This document shows, one piece after another, positions 33,792-41,392 of a DNA stretch of 41,392 nt (positions are counted from its first letter, which is position 1; the number at the start of each line of letters is the position of its first letter). The position numbers and the translations under genes are program-made. Below the pieces are notes generated by a model. It did no database searches. It had not been told where the DNA came from and saw nothing but the letters and a program-made list of their open reading frames with translations. The stretch is from Perkinsus chesapeaki ATCC PRA-425 (lineage: Eukaryota; Protista; Perkinsozoa), in contig JAAPAO010000305.1 of NCBI GenBank assembly GCA_013115145.1, positions 1-41,392 on the forward strand, given 5' to 3'.

Positions 33792-33994
33792 CACCGCCGA
33801 TATAAACGAGGCCCACACTAGGCCGGTTACTGTACAACACAATTGAGCTATTTTAACACAACAACAGCTAGGGGTGTCAGAAATGCCACGAGATCAATGG
33901 CACTCTACTTAAAAATGGTATTAGGGAATCATGCGGGCGCTTCGAGCGGTAAGCTACATTATTCACACTGGTAGGAAGTTGCTCCGCAGCCGGA

Positions 33995-36900
33995 TCAATT
34001 CCGCAGGTCGTCGTCGGCTCGCCTACGCTTACTCGCCCTCGGCTGTTCTGTAGGGTAGTCGAGAACAGAGTTCTGAGTGGCCGCTTCGCTCCGCCTTTTT
34101 CGTCTCTGTCTCCGAGGTGAGTCGATCATTTCGAAGGCGAGGCTGGAACCGAGAGGGATCTCCACCGTGGGCGCACCACCGGCAACAGAGCTCTCAGGCG
34201 AGCTTGCCGGAGCTGCTGTGGCATCCTAGCAAGAGAGAGATATCAGATATGACAGCTACCATCGTGATACATGTTCGGCTGGGGAGTCTTCTGGAACGGG
34301 CGGGAGCGGGCTTTGGAGGACCTGAACATGCAGCTCGAAAGAAGATCGTAAGATTCCAAACAGGTTGCCTGGAAGCAGCGTACCGGATGAGCGATGAGGA
34401 GGAATTACTAGAACAAAGGGAACCTCAGACAGCCAACTAGATGGTAGAGTTTCGCCACCGTGGAGAAGGAACAAGCAGCTGACCGTCAGAGTCGAAAAGT
34501 CCTACGGCAGAGAGCACAGGTCATCTATCGCAGCTGACGGTTGATACAAAGTCACTAACATTGGAAACACATACACGTGATGACATTCCGTCCAGTAGAG
34601 CGATCTCAAAACCGGCACTTCTGCGCAATGACCCACCTTCGCAGCCAAGTTCATCGGCTCAGGCTCATCCATCTCCCTGGCACTGCGCTTAACCGCTGAC
34701 CGACTCCTCATCAGAGATCGCTTGCCCCTCGTACCCGGCGAAGGGGTGGTCATGTCGAAGGATGCCATCGTGGCTGCTAGGGGCAACGCGGGCAGTTGGG
34801 GCAAGTCAGCCGGGGTGAGCATGCTTCGGGTACGTGACTGACACTGGGGAGCTGGCGTCCGAAACAGGAGGGCCATGGACTCACAGACGCAATTGGCGTG
34901 AAGAGGCGCCGACTTTGCTCGGTCGGAGTGGTGGCCTGAAGGGAACAAGTCGACAGTGGACGGACAGAAGGATGCTGCAAATTATAGAAACCGAAACATT
35001 CTCCGAACTACATGCCAATCTGGTATCCCGTTTTCTTGAGTTAGCTGGTGCGCAACGGCTCGACGGTTGACCTACCCTGTTGAAATCTCCAAGGGCCTGC
35101 CATGCCCGATTGCCGGCCATCTCCCCACGTCTTCGTTCGATCGTCAAAGGTGTCGCCGGCACCAGCACTCTAGCTCGACGAACTGGTGACACTCTGCGAG
35201 GCAGGTCGGCTGGTGGAACGGGAAGCAGCGCCCCGTTGCCGTTCGCAGGGGAGATTAATGAGGATCCAAACGCAACTGTCACAGACGTCATCGACGCCAT
35301 CACGTCCGGCTCGGAGGCTCACTCTGTGGGTGGTCAAAGGCATCAGTGCTGAGTCGAATGCCCCTGGTCATCGGGGACAGAGAATCGTCATCATCGAAGT
35401 AGTCATCTGAAACGCTGTAGTGCCGATGGGCCAACAACGGGCCAGACCACCAAATATGCCAGAAGGGATGAATTGTTATAGGGACGGCTTTCTTATTAAA
35501 ATCCCTATTTTCACAGTAGTCGCAATTTTCAATCCTCGAGGAGCACATGCCAGGCTGGATCGGTCTCTAGCTCACATTCATCGGTGTGGCCTCCTCCGGG
35601 AATATGCTGGTAAATCTCAATATTGGCCACCTTCGGCTTATTATTGTACCTGGTGTATACTGTAGTGGGAGAACAGCATCGAGTCGAGATGACCGAGATT
35701 CCAGAATTGCCGTATCCAACACAACTTCGATGCTGGCTTGGCTTACCGTAGCATATGTCTCCCCCTCTCGCCCGGCGCCTTCTCCACCAGACTTGTCGCT
35801 TTCGCAACATCGCCTTCAGTCGATGACTTTCGTTTCCTGCACCGATTCATCTGAGCCGATACAAGATTAAAACGATAGAGAACGCATCCGGTAACATACC
35901 TCTTCAATAGCCGCTTCTTCCATGGACTTCCTGGACTTCTTCACTGGGCCAAGATCGACGATCTCAGGCTCCAGTTCCATCTCCTCAGTAGGGTCCTCCA
36001 TCACTATGCTGTTCTCGGCTCTCTTCCTCGCGACATCTCGGCGATCCTCGCGCTGAAGGATCGAAATACAAGTACACTCCAAGAGTGATATTTGGTGATT
36101 GATAAAAGAACATTATCCTACCATAGATACAGCTCTAAAGTAGACTGGGATCACCGAACTTGGGATGCAAAAGATTCCTCCACACAACTATTCCTGGTGC
36201 GAAGACAACCTCGATTTCACCTTTTCTAGATTCGCCTACATAACTTGCGCACCCTGTAGAAAGGTCGATGAGCCACATGCTTCACAACAGAAACGAACCT
36301 CTCTGGTCCGGCCAGGAGCTCCGCACCCACCCTCACAACTCACATGCCTGTCCGGATTGTTGCCAGCCTGTGCCCATATCTTTTCCAGGACCTCATCGTC
36401 CAAGTCGTAATCGAGATGCTGTAGACAGCGCTCCTGCAGCTCGACGAATGGTATTTGCCAGAGGCAATATGGCAGGACAAATCGCTCTAGGAAGTCGCAA
36501 GCGGTTGGCGGAATGTCCGGGCTGAGATCTCGCCACCCGAAGTCTTCCTGTATCTGCAGATAAAGCATCGCCTGCACTAGGTAATAAATTAGTGACACAT
36601 GTCACCCCTCCGATGTAGTCTAGCTGGTTAGGATTCGTGGCTCTCACCCACGCGACCGGGGTTCGAGTCCCCGCATCGGAACTTTTCTCACATTTTTTCC
36701 ATCCTTATTTTTCTCCATCAGCACTTTATCATGCAGATCCTCCATGTAAACCGCGACTTTATTATAAAGCTCTCCCGCGGCCTCCCACTCCCTCTCGCAT
36801 TCTTCTGCCAACGTTGGGTCATCGCGAGACTTCAACATATAAAGTATGCGGCAAATGTCGAGGTGAGCACAAAACAAATTCAACGCCATAGACACCTGAA

Positions 36901-37744
36901 AGGGAATAGCGCAACCGGACTTCTTCACAGTGGAACCTACCGATTTCAATTTCCTCTTATCTCCTTTCGAGAGACCCTTCTGGATTTGCGTCATAAACCG
37001 GCTGCCCGCGTAACTCCTCTCAACTGTGAGTTTGCACAGCGATTGTAGCACAGCCTCCACGTTGCCCTCGTCGATGGTTCCACTGGCGTGCTTGAGGAAC
37101 TCCGAAACCACTGTGTTGCTGAAAGACGAGTATTGTCCACACACATCCCCCGAGCTATGGCAGAGCTCATCGAATTGGCTTGATACGAAGTCATCAAGCT
37201 GAGCCTGACAGCAACGACTCCACGACCGAAGATGACCCAGTCTAACCTGGGAAAGGCATTCTGCCTTCACTGCCAGTACAGGTTGCTCTCTCGAGACCGG
37301 CTCAGCTTCCTGCGTCGCTCCAGCCTGACCCTCTGCTGTATGCTCGTCAGAGACTCTCTGCGTACTGCTGATCGTCTCATTCCAGCGCGGAGGCAGCGGG
37401 CCCTGAGAATCCCTCACGAATCGTGCGTCACGATCACCCTTCTTCATTTGAGCCCTATTTTTTCGTCACCAAATAAATTTCTCCTTGCTCGTCAAAATCC
37501 GGTCCGGAATCTCCTCAAAGATTCTCTCGCCCGCATATTCCAACACAAATCACCATCCAAGACATCCCATGGCCCCTACCGGCTCTGGACTGTTGCCCTT
37601 CACAACGGCCACCATCCTTCCATTCACTCGCTTCCATATTATCCTATCGGCAGCACCAGGCTTTATAGCCCCTTCCTCTCGCACTACGATCGCCGTGGAG
37701 CCTCCAGGGCAGCTTCGCCGGCTTGCTCGGACAGGAGACTGCAT
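33995..37744 (-). CDS. Large multi-exon protein of unknown function, probably nuclear (helical N-half, disordered SP/TP-rich C-half with basic clusters)
   Basis: Phase-compatible exons link ORFs 37447-36692, 36571-~36350, REDRRD...AIEE, MNRCRKRKSS..., 35303 frame, 34980 frame, 34948 frame and a last exon DATAAP...RRQRRKRR...SKRRRADDDLRN* (TGA 33997-33995). The 5' end and some junctions are uncertain. Confidence 0.6.
36609..36681 (+). tRNA. trnE-CTC: tRNA-Glu (anticodon CTC)
   Basis: Acceptor stem TCCGATG/CATCGGA, D-arm GTCTAGCTGGTTAGGAT, anticodon arm CGTGG-CTCTCAC-CCACG, T-arm CGGGG-TTCGAGT-CCCCG. Confidence 0.95.
36683..36698 (+). terminator. Pol III oligo-T terminator of tRNA-Glu
   Basis: TTTT at 36683-36686 and TTTTTT at 36693-36698, just downstream of the tRNA. 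Confidence 0.65.
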
Positions 37745-37980
37745 GTACGTCTGAGCTGGAGGATTGCGCTATACCTCCTTCACTGGCAACATTACAGCAT
37801 CAGCTCCTAATTTGCTCCCCTTTTGCAGTTGGTGGCGAGCCAGCAGAAGCTCCTTTTCGAGAGATGCATTCCGAGAGCGCAGCTCTTTCAACTCCTCCTG
37901 GGTTTCAATCTACATGAAGCAAAATGTGAGCTCGACAGAAAGCCCATCTTGGCATCAACAAAAGTTTTCCAAATCGCAGT

Positions 37981-38075
37981 ACAGCAACTTTCGAAACCGA
38001 CCACAGCAACTTTCGAAACCGACAACAGCAACTTTCGAAATCGATCACAGTAACTTTCGGAACCGATCACAGCAA
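37981..38075. repeat. 22-bp minisatellite, ~4.3 copies
   Basis: Unit acagcaactttcgaaaccga(cc/ca/tc) at 37981, 38003, 38025, 38047 and a partial copy at 38069; no spacers. Confidence 0.9.
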
Positions 38076-39402
38076 ACTGGCAAAAAAGCTGCAGGAGCCT
38101 GGCTCGAGTCGAGATATTCGGCCCGCTTCATATGCGGCCACAGGTGTCAGGCTAGTGCGAACCTCGGGAATAATAGATTAGTCCTAATGTGCATGTAAAA
38201 TAGACGCCACAGGCGTCACGCCTGTGACACGATTCCTCCTTGGAATAATATCGAATCTTCTTCTACGGCGCAAACGGCAGTTCCTATTGGACATGTATTT
38301 CGGTAAAGCGTCTCAGATCGCGTAGTTTTTCAATGTCAGGTCATTCACAGACAGCTCCTACGTACCAGTTCCATCCGAAGCGCTGCTATCTCCGTTATCA
38401 AATAGGAGTCCTCCTTTTCCTTATCAACTGTACTTTGTGAAGGCATTCAGACAAGACATGCAACTATAGAGGCACAAAAATTACAACACGACGACCAGCG
38501 ATCCAAATGTGTTCCTCGAGGAAAATATTTCTCGGATTCCTCTAGATAATTTGGTAGCAAATACGTGCCCAGGCCCAACGAAAAGATCCGTCGGATCCCT
38601 TCTGATTCGCCTCCATCATTCCTCGAAGAGGGTCGACGGCCGGGGAAAATCAGCGTGACACCTCAACACAGCAGACCGCCTCACAGCGATCATAGCCGAT
38701 CGAGCTACATGAGAAGGAACAGCGGCTGAGAATCAGAGAGCAACAATGCTTCTCAGCTCGCCAGTCCAATACGGACAACAGCGTGCAATCGTTGAGGAAT
38801 CGATAACGCAAATGAACATGACATGGGGTGACTTCACTAAAGTAAATATTCTCTCCCAAATACATCATATCCGAATTATTACTCATTTCAAATCGATTCA
38901 GATACTAATAAACAAAGGAAAAATAAGTATAACTTATGAACTAAATAGCAAATACGAACTTACTATTGCCCACAAAAAATAATCAATGTTTATCGTATAA
39001 ATAAATAAATATAATATAATAATATTTTAATATTATTTATAGTGTATAAATGTCTATGTTGTATGAACGTATTATTAAAATCGATATCCAATACAGATTT
39101 GAAAATTCGATGTCAGTCCCCATCAAATAAGCATACCTTCGATGCTATTTGCAACTACATACGATTATGATCGTCATGAAAATCGAGTTATCTTCCACCG
39201 CAGAGCGGCGGATGAAGCCAATGAATCAGCATAACAAATTCGAGCACCTAGCACACATTATAAACTAACCCGTAAACAGTCGATTGAACACTTATAAGAA
39301 CTTCTCGACCCCACTCGATTCCTCCACTTCCCAGTTCATACATTACAAACACAACACCACACTTTGCCCGACACTAACACTTCCTTATTCCTCATGGAGA
39401 CA

Positions 39403-39591
39403 TTAGCCACATTCCCGCTGTCCCCTACCACCGCGACTCCTCATCAAGTCCTTCAGTTCGTCCTGCAAGTCATCCAGCAGCTGCTCGTACTTCGCCAAAC
39501 GACGTCTCTCGACAGTCGCCTCCACAGCAGGGATCTGACCCACCGACCGCGCTCGACTGGGAGGCCTATCAGCCTGGGGTGCACGCGGCAA
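39403..39591 (-). CDS. Probable first exon of a hypothetical coiled-coil protein
   Basis: ATG start, coding-like GC content, heptad-like RRRLAKYEQLLDDLQDELKDLM; downstream exons not resolved. Confidence 0.35.
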   Translation of the reverse strand: MPRAPQADRPPSRARSVGQIPAVEATVERRRLAKYEQLLDDLQDELKDLMRSRGGRGQRECG

Positions 39592-40302
39592 GCTAAGAAA
39601 CCCTCACCTAGCGTTCTTTGGAGTCAACCGTTCAACCTCTAATTTGAGATGCTGATTTTCGGTTTTTAGCCGACGGAGCGAAGCTCTCATCTGATCCATG
39701 CAACTGGGTACTCGTTCCCCTTGCCTACTAGAAGCGTGCGTCGAACTGCCGACTGAAAAACCAGGGTAATGAACTGCTAGAACACATATAAGTTATCCTG
39801 TACGTAAAAGCTGATAGACTTAATCATCGCCAATGTGTCGGCAATACAGAGTTATTGAAACTCTACTGGTGTCCGTAAAAGCCCACTTCGCCGCTCAGCT
39901 GTTGGCATCCAGAGACGAAGCTGATGGTTGGGCTAACTATCACACCACTTAACGTCGAGTCCATCCAGGCAGCCTACCAACTTCCCAAAATTGTACGACT
40001 TCATGGAGAAGAGCTTGCTAATTAATAGAAGTATCTTCAATCACTCTCTAATATGAATACAGCCGACACCATACAATAATTGCTATTTTTCCCACGCAAC
40101 ATTGAGTGTTGTTGAGTAAAATTTTAAAGGTCGGGGGGCTGTAAGTACCGTCTCTATCACTCCACCCACCGAACCCCATCTACATTTCTTTCCCCTTTTC
40201 TGCATCGTCAATGTCATGACAGCTCTCTCCAATCCCTTCATCGCAGCCGGCAATGACGTGTTCTCATTCCACTTTGAGCCCCTAACTGACCCGTCCTACT
40301 AC

Positions 40303-41190
40303 CCCTCGACTGCCCCGCCAAATGCCTCACTGCCAGCCAGGGCGTTCAAGCTCCTCGTAAGTATCCTGATATCACACGCCGCTTCGTCCACCTCTTTTTT
40401 AAGGTGTTGCTGATCCACAATCACCTAAGAAGTGCGCCCAATTCACAGACAAAAGAGCTTATTCCTGATGCTTCTCCCCAGCATCGGATGCCCGAAAATA
40501 CACCGTAAAAGACTGGCTAAGAGTCATAGAGGGGCACCACATGCTCCTTCTCCTAGTAGCACTCTATGAAGATCTTAGTCATATCTGCTCATGATAAACC
40601 CTTCTGGATGCCGTAGTATCACGTTTCTGTGAGACTACATCACGCACCATTTGCCATACACTACCACTAACGATCCCCTGACAAAGTCAATCCGGCGACT
40701 GCTCGAGAAAGCTGCGAGGGTCACTGTCGACATAATAGGAGATTCAGGGATGCATGAGGGCCCACTATAATACTTTTACCTTCAATAAATCTTCTTCCTC
40801 ACTCCTATCTCCCACCGATCGGCTGCCTTCGCCTCTGCCCTTGCGAAGGTTCCTAGAGTCAGTAGATCTCTGAACAGTACAACGACAGTGTTGGGATATT
40901 TGTTTGCGCTCTCGTACACGTTGGTGAGTGAAGCCAGCATCGCGAATTTCACCGAGTCAAACAAATGCCTTGCAATTTACGAACTAACAAAGATACTTCA
41001 GTGGAGAACAAATTCAGGACAAGCTAGGATACTCATCGTGGAAGATGGCGAAAGTTCGGTACTCGACGCTTCCCCTTTTAGGGCCAGTAATCCCATTCAT
41101 CACATCTTTCCGGGCTGCCACGACCCCATCAATCAGCTCCATCGCGCTCGCACTCTCCCGCATTAGATCCTCAAATCTTGCCGAATTCAT
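40303..41190 (-). CDS. Probable multi-exon hypothetical protein (partial model)
   Basis: MNSARFEDLM...FHDE|HLFDSVKFAML...RWEIG joins in phase 2; further exon VIVDQQHLKKEVDE...GGAVE at 40424-40303. Confidence 0.4.
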
Positions 41191-41319
41191 GGTAAAACAA
41201 GCTGCCCCCAAACCACCAACTGGTAGAAAGTCATAATGACAGTCAAGTTCTGAACTCCGTCAAACGGGAATAAAAACATCCACAAAGATCACTACTCATG
41301 AAATGGCCCGTTACCCTCT

Positions 41320-41339
41320 GGGGGGGGGGGGGGGGGGGG

Positions 41340-41392
<53 letters not shown>
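41320..41392. other. Terminal poly-G run, most likely a sequencing/assembly artefact
   Basis: 73 nt of G with a single C at 41340, at the window end; typical of no-signal calls in two-colour sequencing. Confidence 0.8.

Noticed and set aside
37981-38075. CRISPR-like array
   Set aside because: Units are head-to-tail with no unique spacers, the context is eukaryotic and there are no cas genes.
37764-38198. Plus-strand ORFs of 144 and 76 aa over the minisatellite
   Set aside because: They stay open because the 22-bp unit lacks stops; the peptide cycles through frames.
41320-41392. G-quadruplex or telomere
   Set aside because: A near-pure G homopolymer at the window end is best explained as an artefact.

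Overview
Intron-containing eukaryotic genomic DNA. Many GT-AG introns are only 39-53 nt, so most real genes are fragmented in, or missing from, the ORF track. The style resembles a Perkinsus-like alveolate, but that is inference only. I rebuilt spliced genes by hand and checked splice phases. Left part: an ABCG half-transporter and a 3-exon alpha/beta hydrolase on +, converging on a START (lipid-transfer) cluster on -. The cluster has two single-START genes and one spliced gene for a ~1,100-aa protein with an N-terminal MGCTSSK acylation motif and four tandem START domains, two of them a near-identical recent duplication. Middle: two paralogous 3-exon secreted 10-Cys proteins, a 552-aa secreted protein with a beta-rich C-terminus, and probable decayed retroelement DNA. 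Right: a SWIM+RING gene, a 6-exon PIMT/PCMT1 gene, several multi-exon genes of unknown function, a tRNA-Glu(CTC) antisense inside a short intron, a 22-bp minisatellite and a terminal poly-G artefact. Every protein gene model from 5.4 kb onward is on the minus strand. Best candidate for an undescribed system: the membrane-anchored tetra-START protein, its diversifying START paralogs and the neighbouring lipid-handling genes. No database searches were run; fold assignments come from motif recognition.
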